The notes under the pieces are model-generated. The model was not told the DNA's origin and did not search any database. It saw only the letters and a list, made by a program, of their open reading frames with translations. From positions 8,465 to 72,464 of the IMG/VR virus record IMGVR_UViG_3300044728_000163: DNA of 64,000 bases, one strand, 5' to 3'. Positions 55,056-64,000 of the stretch are shown piece by piece (within the stretch, counting starts at the first letter, position 1; each line of letters begins with the position of its first letter). The position numbers and the translations under genes are program-made. This DNA is from a virus. Lineage: Duplodnaviria > Caudoviricetes.

Positions 55056-55915
55056 TGCTTTTCCAGGTCCGGTATCCGCTTCTCGCACTGATGACGCATG
55101 TCGATGCATGTGCAGAAATCCTTTGGGGTCGCGAACCCAATCAGGGATGGGTCCATGCGGTGATCGATAAGCTTGTTCGGCGCGTTCATCCCGCCATTGC
55201 CGCCCAACACGATGAAAGCCGCTGTTTTCATTGCTATCGCCGCGGGAACGATCCATCCGACACCTCCCACGACCACCGCCGCGTCGCGCACCATCGCCAT
55301 CAACTGATTGACCGTGCTTTCGCCACGCAGTCTGGCCAGATTATGTGGCGGCACGTCGCCCTCGATCCACTCCGCGTTGTAGGTGTTGCTGGTGTCCGCG
55401 ATCACCACCACCGCGAAACCGCGCCGCTTTAAATCACCCGCGATGAAATGAATGTATTCCGGCAACGGGTTCCTGGCCTGGTTGTCCCACTCCAACCGCC
55501 GCATCACCGGGCGCACGACGGCCAGCGGCGCGCCACCCGTGTCGAACGGACATGGACCCATGTCCGGTAAATCCCAGTTGGGCGCTCTCGCTTCCGGCTT
55601 CGTCATGGGCAGCTTGCGTTCCATGGCGGCGAACACGCCATGTTCCATCTCGAGGTGGCCGTAACCCAACGCGACCATACTCAGGCCCGCCGGTAGGGGA
55701 GTCCAACGCTCCGGCGGCTGGCGACGGATGTTTTTGTTCTGCGTTCGCAGCAGCCGCTCGCCGCGCACGAATTTCAGGTTGTCGATATCGTCGTAGAATT
55801 CCGGCCACGGCGTATCGACGTAGAGCGTGCGCTGTTTCGCCGCCGCCTTGAGGAGAGGGCGAACGTAGATCGCGTCGCCCAGGCCCCACGGCGCTTTAAC
55901 GTGCAGTGGCGTCAA
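54998..55915 (-). CDS. GT-B glycosyltransferase (GT9 heptosyltransferase-like)
   Basis: WGLGDAIYVRP (GLGDxIxxxP), later LMAMVRDAAVVVGGVGWIVPAAIAMKTAAFIVLGG. Confidence 0.7.
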   Translation of the reverse strand: MTPLHVKAPWGLGDAIYVRPLLKAAAKQRTLYVDTPWPEFYDDIDNLKFVRGERLLRTQNKNIRRQPPERWTPLPAGLSMVALGYGHLEMEHGVFAAMERKLPMTKPEARAPNWDLPDMGPCPFDTGGAPLAVVRPVMRRLEWDNQARNPLPEYIHFIAGDLKRRGFAVVVIADTSNTYNAEWIEGDVPPHNLARLRGESTVNQLMAMVRDAAVVVGGVGWIVPAAIAMKTAAFIVLGGNGGMNAPNKLIDHRMDPSLIGFATPKDFCTCIDMRHQCEKRIPDLEKQWRRWANALPRLSRSSRAA

Positions 55916-56169
55916 TGCTTCCGCTTCGCCGCCGCTTTACGTGGCGCTTTCTTCTCGTCGTCGTCGTCGTCATTGTTGTTGTCGTCATCATCTTCCGGCT
56001 CGTCGGCGACCACGCGCGTTGGCTTCGTCTCGCTCAGCGCCCGCACCGCCAGACCGGCCATCTCCAGTTCGGTCGCGCGGTATTCCGATGCTTCGAATTC
56101 CTGCCCTCGTTCCACTTGCCCCTCATGGTCCGCGTTGTACCAGTCAGCCGTTGCTCTCATGAGGGGCAT
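55912..56169 (-). CDS. Small capsid-adjacent protein with acidic tract and basic tail
   Basis: Follows the MCP gene; DDDDNNNDDDDDEKKAPRKAAAKRKH. Confidence 0.6.
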   Translation of the reverse strand: MPLMRATADWYNADHEGQVERGQEFEASEYRATELEMAGLAVRALSETKPTRVVADEPEDDDDNNNDDDDDEKKAPRKAAAKRKH

Positions 56170-56200
56170 GGGAAGTTTCCTTAACTAATCGATTGACGGA

Positions 56201-57412
56201 TCAGGGCAGGGTGCCGTAGATGAATGCGGCAGGACGATATACCGCTAAAGCCAGCCGCTCCTCCGCCCGAATTGTGATCATATTCCTCACAAAGTTGTCC
56301 TGGTCCTCTGTTGAGATTAAAACCTCAATAGACATCCGGTCGAAGATTTGCGCGCCAAGACGGAACGCACCCGTGAGGAACTTGGATACCTGCATCGCCG
56401 GGGTCTGCACCACCGGCAAAGTCCACAGGCGGGCCGCGATCTGATTCTGCGGATCACCAACGATGTAGCGATTCATTCCATCTTTGGTGAGTTCGATCTT
56501 CGCCCAGTCAGTCGGATGCATCACGTATCCGGTGGCTGGATAGAGCGCGAGCGTGGCCTGCAGAGCCGCCAGACGCAGCGTGTCGATCGCTTGTGGCGCG
56601 GTCGGCGCGAACGCCGCCGCGTAGGCCGTCGCCTGTGGGATGATGCCCAGGAGATGCTGTCCGGTGCCGTCACCGTAGAGCAACTCGTTCTCCTCGACGT
56701 ATTCCAGACCGTAGCGCAGACGACCGTCGATGTAGGACTGCAACTGCGGCACATCATCCATGATCTGCCGTGAAGCCTTCATCCAGTGCGCGATGGTGCG
56801 AACCGGCAACGACTTCAGATCGAACGTGATATTCGACTGCGGTTTCAACGCGCCTTCCGAAACCACCGCCGCGCCCGTTGTCATCGGGTTATCCGTTTCG
56901 ACCGGGTATTCAATCGCGTTCGACCGGGTCGATCCCGGCGTCAGCAGATCGCGCACCACCAGATTGCGCCGAGGCGGCTGCACCATCGGCTGGCGGTCGG
57001 GAATGATCAGCGCGTTGGTCGGCGACACGCCCGTGCCCCACAGCGCCGAACCGCTGAAGATGTCCTTCAGTTCGACGGTGATGCGGGCCTGACCATTTTT
57101 TTGTTCCATGAGCGATTTGACGCCCGCGTCGTCCACCACATGCTGGCCGAGCGATTTGAGTTCCGGCGGCACATCGCCGTTGCCGCGGCGTGACATCTTC
57201 TGTTCCACCTCGGTGAGGCGGGTGGACAGTTCGTTCATCGCGGTCAGCGCCTTGTCGGCGTCCGCTTTCGTCTCGGTCGTCGCGGCACCGAGGTTTTTCA
57301 TCTCGGTGGTGACCTTTTCCGCGAAGGTCTTGACCTCGTCGGTCGCTTTCTTGAGGTCTACACTCAAGGCTTTCAGTTCGATGTCGGTTGGAACGTCGCC
57401 ACCATCGGGCAT
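56201..57412 (-). CDS. HK97-fold major capsid protein
   Basis: Coiled-coil delta domain; VSEGALKPQS, VRTIAHW, IRAEERLALAVYRPAAFIYG. Confidence 0.95.
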   Translation of the reverse strand: MPDGGDVPTDIELKALSVDLKKATDEVKTFAEKVTTEMKNLGAATTETKADADKALTAMNELSTRLTEVEQKMSRRGNGDVPPELKSLGQHVVDDAGVKSLMEQKNGQARITVELKDIFSGSALWGTGVSPTNALIIPDRQPMVQPPRRNLVVRDLLTPGSTRSNAIEYPVETDNPMTTGAAVVSEGALKPQSNITFDLKSLPVRTIAHWMKASRQIMDDVPQLQSYIDGRLRYGLEYVEENELLYGDGTGQHLLGIIPQATAYAAAFAPTAPQAIDTLRLAALQATLALYPATGYVMHPTDWAKIELTKDGMNRYIVGDPQNQIAARLWTLPVVQTPAMQVSKFLTGAFRLGAQIFDRMSIEVLISTEDQDNFVRNMITIRAEERLALAVYRPAAFIYGTLP

Positions 57413-57413
57413 G

Positions 57414-58295
57414 TCAGTCTCCTATCTTTGGAAGGGAAAAGCCGCTGAGAGCGTGGCCAATGTCGCCAAACGCCCTCCGCTTCGATTTTGCCTCCTCTTC
57501 CCGAGGATCGGCGGTATGCGTCTTCTTCCACGCGCGGCCCTCAGACAGCGCGCGGGCTTCCGAATTCGAGTACTTAAAACCAAACTGGGTGGCCGCATCC
57601 CGCAACCAGTCCTCGAATTGTCGGATCGTTTCCGGCTTGGACCTCGTCTTGAGTTCCTCCCCGGTTACTTCTTTGTAGACGCGCTCAAGGTGTTTCTGAA
57701 GCAGAGCGCGCTCCTCGTTGTCTGGCATCTCGCTCACCAGCGCCACGGCGTTGCGGAGTTCCACCGCCGCCATCTGATTGGCCGATTTTACGCTGTCGAT
57801 GCGCGCCAGGTGGTTCGCCGGATCGCAGACCGGATCAGCGGAATACAGTTCCAGGCTGGAAATGCGCCGCCGCGGCTCGTTCGCCTTGGTGCCCCAGGTA
57901 ACGCCGTCCGGATGTGTCGAGAAGGCGATGGAAATGCCGCCCATGACATCTTCCAGCATCAGGTCGTGAACGCGCTTCACGTCCGGATGGTCGAGCGCGA
58001 TCAGGTGACCAGTGACCTTCAGGCCCTTCTCATCGACCGTCATCTCGGTCCACTTGCCGATGGGTAACGGATCGCCACCGAACTGATAGGCCGAGTGTTC
58101 AGCGAACATGAAGGGGAGCGTGCCCTTGGATTTATGATCGGCCAACGTCTTATCGAACGCGGTTGGCTCGATCACGTCACCAGCGACATCCTCCACGCCA
58201 AACACCGAGGCATAGCCAGTGAGTTCACCGACTCCCGTCTCGGACTTCCGGTATTTTAGTTCGGCGTTCGCCGCGTAGCGTTCGCGTTGGAGCAT
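57414..58295 (-). CDS. HK97-family prohead protease
   Basis: GYASVFG..D..GDVIEPTAF...EH...PIGKW...GLKVTG...GGISIAF...ELYSAD. Confidence 0.9.
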   Translation of the reverse strand: MLQRERYAANAELKYRKSETGVGELTGYASVFGVEDVAGDVIEPTAFDKTLADHKSKGTLPFMFAEHSAYQFGGDPLPIGKWTEMTVDEKGLKVTGHLIALDHPDVKRVHDLMLEDVMGGISIAFSTHPDGVTWGTKANEPRRRISSLELYSADPVCDPANHLARIDSVKSANQMAAVELRNAVALVSEMPDNEERALLQKHLERVYKEVTGEELKTRSKPETIRQFEDWLRDAATQFGFKYSNSEARALSEGRAWKKTHTADPREEEAKSKRRAFGDIGHALSGFSLPKIGD

Positions 58296-58304
58296 ATCGA
58301 TCCC

Positions 58305-59594
58305 CTATGCGCCCGCGGAGGACGCGGCTGGTTGATCCTTGGTTGGATCAGGTGGAGGAAGCGTCGGCGACTGCATCGGTTGTTCACCCAGCTTGTCGAG
58401 CGGCAGACGGCCAGAGGCCATGGTCAACTGGTCGCCGCCTTCCATGGGTGGATCGTTGTTCTTCGCCCGCATTTCGTTCGGCGTGTTGATGCCGGTATCG
58501 ACCATTATCTTCATGACGTTCGCGCGACCAAGGCTGTCGGTACGCAGCAAACCTTCAACATTGAACTCGCAATAATAGGCGATGCGCTGGGCCGGCGTCA
58601 TCACGGCGCGAGTGATTTCCTGTTCGATCGAGCGCAGGATTGGACGTAACCCATACGTAAGGAACCACAGGTTCATTTGCTCTAAACCCGTGCCCCAGGC
58701 GGTGGTCTTTTCCATGTGACCAACCATCACCGGAGCGACGCCATACCATCTGCAGATTTGTTCGACCGACCACGCGCGCGTCGCCAGCAACTGCGCGTCT
58801 TCCGGTTTCATCGTGATCTGATCGAGGCCCCAACCGCCCTCGACCAACGGGATCTTGCCGCTGTTGATCGAGCCGGTGAACTTCTCCATCCATTCGGAGC
58901 CGAACCGTTCCCGCTGCGTATCAGACAGGAAGTTGGGAGCCTTCAGCACCATGCTTGGGCGCATGCCGTTGCGAAAGAAGCTGCCCGCGCTCTTCTCGGC
59001 GGCGACCGCGATGCCCAGAGTCTCGCGCGCCTGGGAGATCGGCGACATGCCGATGCGGCCATCGAGCGAGAAGCCCCTGATGTGGAAGATCTGCTTCTCG
59101 GTGAAGTCCTCGCGCCGCTGACCATCGGCGTAAGCGTAGGTCAGCGATCCGTCTTTCTCGGCCTTGACGGAAACCCGGTTGGGTAATAGTGGCGTAAGCG
59201 AAATGACTGAGTTATCTTTACGCCGGTCTATGTAGGCGTAACCATTTCCCCAAAGTAAAAGGCACGCCGTCATGGCGGTCCAGAATGTCGCCGCGCTCAT
59301 GTCCGCGTTGGGCTGGTCGTGCAGCAAATAATAAAGCGGAATGTCGCGCACCTGATTGCCGCGGCCATCGGGCAGCTTCTCAAAGGTCTGCATCGGCAGC
59401 GTGCTGATAGTGCTGGAGATCAGCCGCACACACGCCCAGACGGTATCGATGTTGAGCGAGGCCTCGACGCCGACCGCCTCGCCCGCGTAGCTGGGACCGG
59501 CCCCGAAATATTGATACAGGCGCGGATCGGTCAGACCGATGCCAGAGGCGATGGTGGTGACCGCCTTGAGTTTGATGCGGCTCCAGAGGGACAT
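58305..59594 (-). CDS. HK97-family portal protein
   Basis: VWACVRLIS, LLWGNGY, IFHIRGFSLDG..GMSPI, FFRNG, DAQLLATR, TPNEMRA. Confidence 0.95.
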   Translation of the reverse strand: MSLWSRIKLKAVTTIASGIGLTDPRLYQYFGAGPSYAGEAVGVEASLNIDTVWACVRLISSTISTLPMQTFEKLPDGRGNQVRDIPLYYLLHDQPNADMSAATFWTAMTACLLLWGNGYAYIDRRKDNSVISLTPLLPNRVSVKAEKDGSLTYAYADGQRREDFTEKQIFHIRGFSLDGRIGMSPISQARETLGIAVAAEKSAGSFFRNGMRPSMVLKAPNFLSDTQRERFGSEWMEKFTGSINSGKIPLVEGGWGLDQITMKPEDAQLLATRAWSVEQICRWYGVAPVMVGHMEKTTAWGTGLEQMNLWFLTYGLRPILRSIEQEITRAVMTPAQRIAYYCEFNVEGLLRTDSLGRANVMKIMVDTGINTPNEMRAKNNDPPMEGGDQLTMASGRLPLDKLGEQPMQSPTLPPPDPTKDQPAASSAGA

Positions 59595-59597
59595 GGG

Positions 59598-59777
59598 CTA
59601 CTGATCCTCCGTTGGCGTCGGCATGGGCGGCAGGACGGAGGAGTCGAACGGCGGCGGCGGCGGCGGCACATACGGTGGTACGGGCGGCGGCGGTGTCGAC
59701 AGAGGCGGCAACGGATCAGGCATCACCGGAGGGCGGTATTCCGGAAACGGTGGCGGGTATGGCTCCGATCCGGACAT
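59598..59777 (-). CDS. Poly-proline-rich peptide between terL and portal
   Basis: GAGGAGG RBS; MSGSEPYPPPFPEYRPPVMPDPLPPLSTPPPPVPPYVPPPPPPF... Confidence 0.45.
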   Translation of the reverse strand: MSGSEPYPPPFPEYRPPVMPDPLPPLSTPPPPVPPYVPPPPPPFDSSVLPPMPTPTEDQ

Positions 59778-59790
59778 CGCCACCTCCTCG

Positions 59791-61473
59791 TTACATCATC
59801 GGCCTGGTCAGGAAGCCTTCCAAACCAGCGTTGTCGTCATCCATGCTCATGCCGATCGCCATGATCAGCGCCATCACGCCATCGATCCTGCCGGTACTTA
59901 TCTTTTTCGTCGGCATGTAGTTCTCATTCACATCGGTCCTGACGCGAAGATTAAGCGCCATCCAACGAAGTACCGGATTTCCACCATGATCCAGGCGGTT
60001 CGACAGCAACCATGCCAACAATTCCTTCGTCGGCGCGGTGTAGCTGCGGATCCCCTGGATGAATTCATGCACGTTCAACCCGGCGTTCTGCAGACCAACG
60101 GCGATTTGCGCGGCGTTCCACGGGTCATAGGCGATGGTCGCCACATCGTGCAGCCGGTTGTCCTCTTCCACGTAGCGTTGAATCTCGTTGTGATCGATCA
60201 CGTTGCCTTCAGTCGGCTCAATCAGACCGTCACTGATCCAGCGGCGATACTGGACCTGGTCGCGATCGGCCTTTTGCTCCACCGTGTCACCCGGCATCCA
60301 AAAGTTGGCGACCACCTTCCAGCGCTCACCCAGGCCTAGCGGCGGGAACAGCCGCACATAGGCCGCGAGATCGGTCTTGGTGGCCAGGTCGAGGCCCGCG
60401 AAGCACCTCCTGCCCCGTAAGCTGTCCGGATCGAAGGGACCGAGCGTGTTGGCGTCCCAGAGCGGCCCAGAGATCAACTGCGTGGAGGACGCCGTCCGCA
60501 TATTCAGCCGGAGCCGCTTGAACTCCATCTGTTTCGCGGGATTGTGCTTCGCGGCCCGCGCCTGACGGTGCATGTCGTCGGGCTTTACGCTGATCCCCCA
60601 GTTCGGATTTGCTTTTATCCAGACTTTTGGATCATCCCAGCGATCTTCAGGGTCCAGTGTCGCGATGTAAACGAACCATTCGTCGTCCACGAAGGCTTTT
60701 TGCACCACGTTCCGCGCGTAAGTATGCTCCTGCGCGTAGACGCTCTCGGGGCTGTCGTCACCCGCCGTGGTGATGATCCACATCAAGGGTTGCCTTCTCG
60801 ACCCCATCGCGGTGTCCAGCACGTCCAGAACGGCCCTGGTGCGGTGCTTGTGGAGTTCATCGATGACCATGGCGTGCGGGTTGAGGCCATCGAGGGTCTT
60901 GTCGTCAGCCGATAGCGGCTGGAAACTGGACATGGTGCTGTCCACCGCGAGCGAGAGCCGGTAAACCGAGACGAGTTTCTGCAAATCCTCTGAGTGCAAC
61001 ACCGTTCTTCTGGCTTCATCGAAAACGATGCGGGCCTGATCCTTCTTGGTGGCGGCGGAAAACACATCCGCGCCCGGTTCGCCATCGGCGACGAGGCATT
61101 TCAGCGCGACAACGGAAGCAATCAGGCTTTTCCCGTTTTTCCTGGCGATTTCTTCGTAAACAACCCGAAACCTTCTCAGTCCGTCCTTGCGGAGCCAACC
61201 AAAAGCCGAGCCATGGACGAATTCCTGCCACGGCTCCAATTTAACTCGTTGACCGGCCCATTCGCCTTTCGAATGTCTGCAATATTGAGCAAACTCGATG
61301 GCTTCCAGGGCGACATCGGGTCGCCAGACGTAGCCGGTCTTCTTTTGGTTCGCCAGATCGCGGAAATGCCGCTCACAGGCGAGTTTCACGAGGCCACCGG
61401 TAATGATCTTGTTGTTTACGACATCCCAGGCGTAGGCGGTGACCGGGTCGACCGTCCGTTTTGGTCGTTTCAC
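59791..61473 (-). CDS. terL: Terminase large subunit
   Basis: LEPWQEF, IARKNGKS (Walker A), IDELH (Walker B), ITTAG, GLDLATKTDL, YDPWNA, RIDGVMALIMA; GTG start overlaps the upstream TGA. Confidence 0.95.
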   Translation of the reverse strand: MKRPKRTVDPVTAYAWDVVNNKIITGGLVKLACERHFRDLANQKKTGYVWRPDVALEAIEFAQYCRHSKGEWAGQRVKLEPWQEFVHGSAFGWLRKDGLRRFRVVYEEIARKNGKSLIASVVALKCLVADGEPGADVFSAATKKDQARIVFDEARRTVLHSEDLQKLVSVYRLSLAVDSTMSSFQPLSADDKTLDGLNPHAMVIDELHKHRTRAVLDVLDTAMGSRRQPLMWIITTAGDDSPESVYAQEHTYARNVVQKAFVDDEWFVYIATLDPEDRWDDPKVWIKANPNWGISVKPDDMHRQARAAKHNPAKQMEFKRLRLNMRTASSTQLISGPLWDANTLGPFDPDSLRGRRCFAGLDLATKTDLAAYVRLFPPLGLGERWKVVANFWMPGDTVEQKADRDQVQYRRWISDGLIEPTEGNVIDHNEIQRYVEEDNRLHDVATIAYDPWNAAQIAVGLQNAGLNVHEFIQGIRSYTAPTKELLAWLLSNRLDHGGNPVLRWMALNLRVRTDVNENYMPTKKISTGRIDGVMALIMAIGMSMDDDNAGLEGFLTRPMM

Positions 61474-61676
61474 TTCATCAATCGTGCCCGTACGGCACAA
61501 TCCTTGGCCTCAAGCAACTTCCGGAGCGCCACTGTTCGTTCCGGATTGCGCGGCAAATCCTTGACGATGGCATCCGCCAGAGCGGCGAATTCCTTGCTCA
61601 CGACCGCCAAATGGGGCGGCAGATGCTCATATTCGAAGAATTGCAGCATTGGTTCGGTCGTTGTGTCGGTCGCCAT
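61470..61676 (-). CDS. Acb2/Tad1-like helical hairpin protein (possible signal-nucleotide sponge)
   Basis: FFEYEHLPPHL...LADAIVKDLPRNPERTVALRKLLEAKDCAVRA; PxxxExxxALxKLxEA hairpin pattern. Confidence 0.5.
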   Translation of the reverse strand: MATDTTTEPMLQFFEYEHLPPHLAVVSKEFAALADAIVKDLPRNPERTVALRKLLEAKDCAVRARLMK

Positions 61677-61677
61677 G

Positions 61678-62208
61678 TCAGTTCACCGTTTTCGCCGTGT
61701 TTTGGAGGTAACTCTCGAGACTCCGGCTGGGCGCGTCCTTGGGTTTGGCGTGATTCTGGCTGGCGATCGACGCGGACATCGCGGGTGTTTTCGAGTTGTC
61801 GGCGAGGATGCGAGGGCGCGAAATCGGCGAAAAACCGAGTTCGGCACCGTGTTTTCGGACCAATTCGCCCTGTTTGTTGATGATTCCGAGCAATGGGTTC
61901 TGCGCCAGGCCCATTTTCTTCTCGATCGTCAGGTCTTCCTGTCCCATCTCCTTGACCGCCTTCCTGTGCGTGTGGAGGGCGACGCAGTAAGCCTCCAATA
62001 TTCCGGTATCGAGACGTTTAATCAGGTTCGGCGGTGAATTGCGGATGGCGAACTCCCAGACCTCGCGTAATTCCAAAGAGAAGTGCGCTGGCGCTGACGT
62101 GGGATCATCGCTCAACGGATGGTCCGGTATCGGTTCGTCCTTGTTCTCGGGCAATGTCGAGCCATGCAGCCTCTTCATCCCCGGCATCGCCTGTACCCGG
62201 CCTTTCAT
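61678..62208 (-). CDS. terS: Terminase small subunit (P27 family)
   Basis: APAHF...VWEF...LEAYC...NPLLGI...AELGFSPISRPRI. Confidence 0.88.
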   Translation of the reverse strand: MKGRVQAMPGMKRLHGSTLPENKDEPIPDHPLSDDPTSAPAHFSLELREVWEFAIRNSPPNLIKRLDTGILEAYCVALHTHRKAVKEMGQEDLTIEKKMGLAQNPLLGIINKQGELVRKHGAELGFSPISRPRILADNSKTPAMSASIASQNHAKPKDAPSRSLESYLQNTAKTVN

Positions 62209-62405
62209 GGTGTCTCCTGATGATTCAGAATGCGAACGCCTTCAAGGATGCCGCCAGGCTCCACGATGTGGGAAAACTGGCCTTCCTCGCGTTCGGTGAT
62301 GACATCGATCCACTTTCCGCCGAATTCCACGGCGACGATCACCCGCCCGCCTGTCTTGCGGAGCCAGACGCCGGAAATGAGGATTTGATCCCGCTCTATC
62401 GCCAT
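62205..62405 (-). CDS. Hypothetical protein
   Basis: VWLRKTGGRVIVAVEFGGKWIDVI...FSHIVEPGGI; coupled to terS. Confidence 0.6.
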   Translation of the reverse strand: MAIERDQILISGVWLRKTGGRVIVAVEFGGKWIDVITEREEGQFSHIVEPGGILEGVRILNHQETP

Positions 62406-62677
62406 ACCTGACCCTTCTCCTTGTGCCGGATGGCGTCACAGGCATCACACAGCAACCGGAGGTTCCAGTCGTGGTCGGGACCACCCTGTGTGCGCGGCCT
62501 GATGTGATCGACCCGCCACGAATCGGGCTTGCCGCAGTTCGCGCAGATGCCGCCGTCGCGATATTTGATCCGGTCGCGCGTTTGTTGCCACGCGAAGGTG
62601 TTGTAGAAGGATTCGGTGACCTTTCTGGGGGCTGGTTTCCAGCCTGGTGGACGGTGTTTAGGGGGCGCGAAGGGCAT
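62396..62677 (-). CDS. HNH endonuclease (packaging cofactor type)
   Basis: FY..FAWQQTR...RDGGICANC...VDHI.P...GG...NLRLLCDACDAIRH. Confidence 0.88.
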   Translation of the reverse strand: MPFAPPKHRPPGWKPAPRKVTESFYNTFAWQQTRDRIKYRDGGICANCGKPDSWRVDHIRPRTQGGPDHDWNLRLLCDACDAIRHKEKGQVWR

Positions 62678-62825
62678 GTATTTAGTGTCCTTTCAGGCCC
62701 CAGAGACACATTCCCTAGATCGTGACGTTTTTCTGGTCATTCGTGTGCGTTTTTGTCAAGCGCCGATTCGGGTGGATTCGGGTGGAATCTGACGTTTTGG
62801 GTCCGTTCCGGCCCTTTTTTTCGTC

Positions 62826-63077
62826 TCAATCGCCGAAATCCACCATGAAATGCCCGCATTCGGGGCAGCATCGGCCATGCGCGGAGATGCCTTTCCACGC
62901 GGAATGGTCGCATGGCGGTCCCTGGACCCGCCTCAGTTCAGCGCGGTAGATCGCCTCGGGCATCTGGCGGCAGAAACAGGCCATGGGAGTGTTGGCGATG
63001 CACTCGCCGGTTCGACTGAGGACGCAGCAGAGGTCGCTCACTTCAACATCCCAACCTCGCGCAGCCGCTCCATCCAT
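62826..63077 (-). CDS. Cys-rich Zn-binding hypothetical protein
   Basis: CDH...CPECGHFMVDFGD. Confidence 0.45.
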   Translation of the reverse strand: MDGAAARGWDVEVSDLCCVLSRTGECIANTPMACFCRQMPEAIYRAELRRVQGPPCDHSAWKGISAHGRCCPECGHFMVDFGD

Positions 63078-63304
63078 TCCTCGGCTGAGTAGAACGTGCG
63101 GCGATCACCATCATCCAGGGCATTCAGGAACTGCGCGTAGTGTCTCTGAAGCCTGACGGACTCCTCCAGCGCCTTCCACACGTCGGCGTTCAGTCGGTGT
63201 TCCACCGCACCGCAGATGTCGCAGGTTTCACCAGGCTTCAGATGGCATTCCCCGCAGGGAGGTTTGCCGTCTCGCCTCCCCGGCTGGGGGAACGGCTCGC
63301 TCAC
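63038..63304 (-). CDS. Hypothetical protein (CxxC pairs)
   Basis: GTGA-coupled; PPCGECHL..GETCDICGA. Confidence 0.55.
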   Translation of the reverse strand: MSEPFPQPGRRDGKPPCGECHLKPGETCDICGAVEHRLNADVWKALEESVRLQRHYAQFLNALDDGDRRTFYSAEEWMERLREVGMLK

Positions 63305-63486
63305 GCGTTCGTCCACCAGCCACTTTTGGACATGCCGATGAGGATGATGACCAGACAGGCCATCACGATGATGAGTTTCAGGACCGGATCGACCAGCAAC
63401 GGGCCGCGGGCGACCGCGACGACCAGATCGACCGTCCATGCGCCGAGGTATGCCACGATGAACCAGACGATGGCTCGTTCCTGCAT
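63301..63486 (-). CDS. Small two-TM membrane protein
   Basis: TGATG-coupled; MQERAIVWFIVAYLGAW...LIIVMACLVIILIGM. Confidence 0.55.
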   Translation of the reverse strand: MQERAIVWFIVAYLGAWTVDLVVAVARGPLLVDPVLKLIIVMACLVIILIGMSKSGWWTNA

Positions 63487-63941
63487 CAGAACGGTGCCTT
63501 GTTGAACAGGTCCGGATTGCTCTGCGACCAGTTGTTCATCGCCGAGATGAGCGACGGGTGGCGGAAGTTGCCGCGCAGCTTCATGTCCTTCTCCCCGGCG
63601 GTCGCCAGCCAGGTGAAGAAGTTCATCACGGTGCCGCGCCACATGTCGGGCACGTAGACGCTGTCGTCGTGGATGTGCGCCCACTGCGGCATTCCAGGGG
63701 AGGGCGGCGGCAGGGAGCCGGTCACCACCGGGTGACTGCTGTCGGCGTCATCCTCGTTGACCACCCAGCCCAGGACCGGATTGTCGAACAGATCGACGCA
63801 TGTCTCTCCGTTCTGGTCGTAATAATTGCACGAGAGGATCACGTCGTTCGGGTCGCCGGGGATCGAGAGCATGGAAAAAGCCTCCTTGTACGCTGCTTGT
63901 ACAGACTGCCCGATAAATCGATAAATAGCCATTTTGACCAT
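63486..63941 (-). CDS. Hypothetical protein
   Basis: 151-aa ORF; start uncertain. Confidence 0.55.
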   Translation of the reverse strand: MVKMAIYRFIGQSVQAAYKEAFSMLSIPGDPNDVILSCNYYDQNGETCVDLFDNPVLGWVVNEDDADSSHPVVTGSLPPPSPGMPQWAHIHDDSVYVPDMWRGTVMNFFTWLATAGEKDMKLRGNFRHPSLISAMNNWSQSNPDLFNKAPF

Positions 63942-64000
63942 ATTTGGCGTGTTTTTGGGGCTTTCAGGGGGTGTTTTCGGGTCTATTGGGGACGTTGCTG

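Noticed and set aside
62678-62825. Possible cos site or late promoter upstream of the HNH gene
   Set aside because: The gap is T-rich and suitably placed, but I could not identify a specific cohesive-end sequence or promoter.
63942-64000. Circular join of the window ends completing the methyltransferase at 1-299
   Set aside because: Joining gives only ...DAHAASNVPNRPENTP-stop, lacking the expected C-terminal strands, and no terminal repeat is visible.
1-64000. tRNA, rRNA, integrase or att site
   Set aside because: No cloverleaf, rRNA-like tract, tyrosine/serine recombinase motif or flanking direct repeat was recognised by eye; tRNAscan-SE and HMM searches are needed to confirm absence.

Overview
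This window is most of the genome of a GC-rich tailed dsDNA phage with an HK97-type head and a long non-contractile tail; the host is probably an alphaproteobacterium (inferred from the PEP-CTERM, beta-helix and Cro-like gene types). Almost all genes are on the minus strand. Reading leftward from the right end: HNH/terS/terL, portal, protease, capsid, a glycosyltransferase + methyltransferase pair, neck and tail genes, a 2438-aa tape measure protein, a 3657-aa fibre, baseplate genes, a second fibre, and a lysis cassette. A short rightward block of small early genes sits at 21.3-24.0 kb. A leftward replication/recombination block follows (Cro-like, beta clamp, RusA, AAA_24 ATPase, DUF669, RecD-like helicase, Prim-Pol, VapE-type helicase), then an accessory region. 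No integrase, CI-like repressor, tRNA, rRNA or cas1/cas2 was seen. The standout is at 6.9-9.3 kb: a solitary RAMP/Cas7-like gene is followed directly by a ~1.55 kb array of 10 conserved hairpins separating 11 tracts of strict 5-nt periodicity (near-constant CNC, mostly CGC, plus a variable dinucleotide on the gene strand). A twelfth pentamer tract lies in the gene's own leader. This looks like a phage-encoded RNA-guided system with a non-contiguous guide code. All protein calls come from motif recognition by eye; no database search was run.
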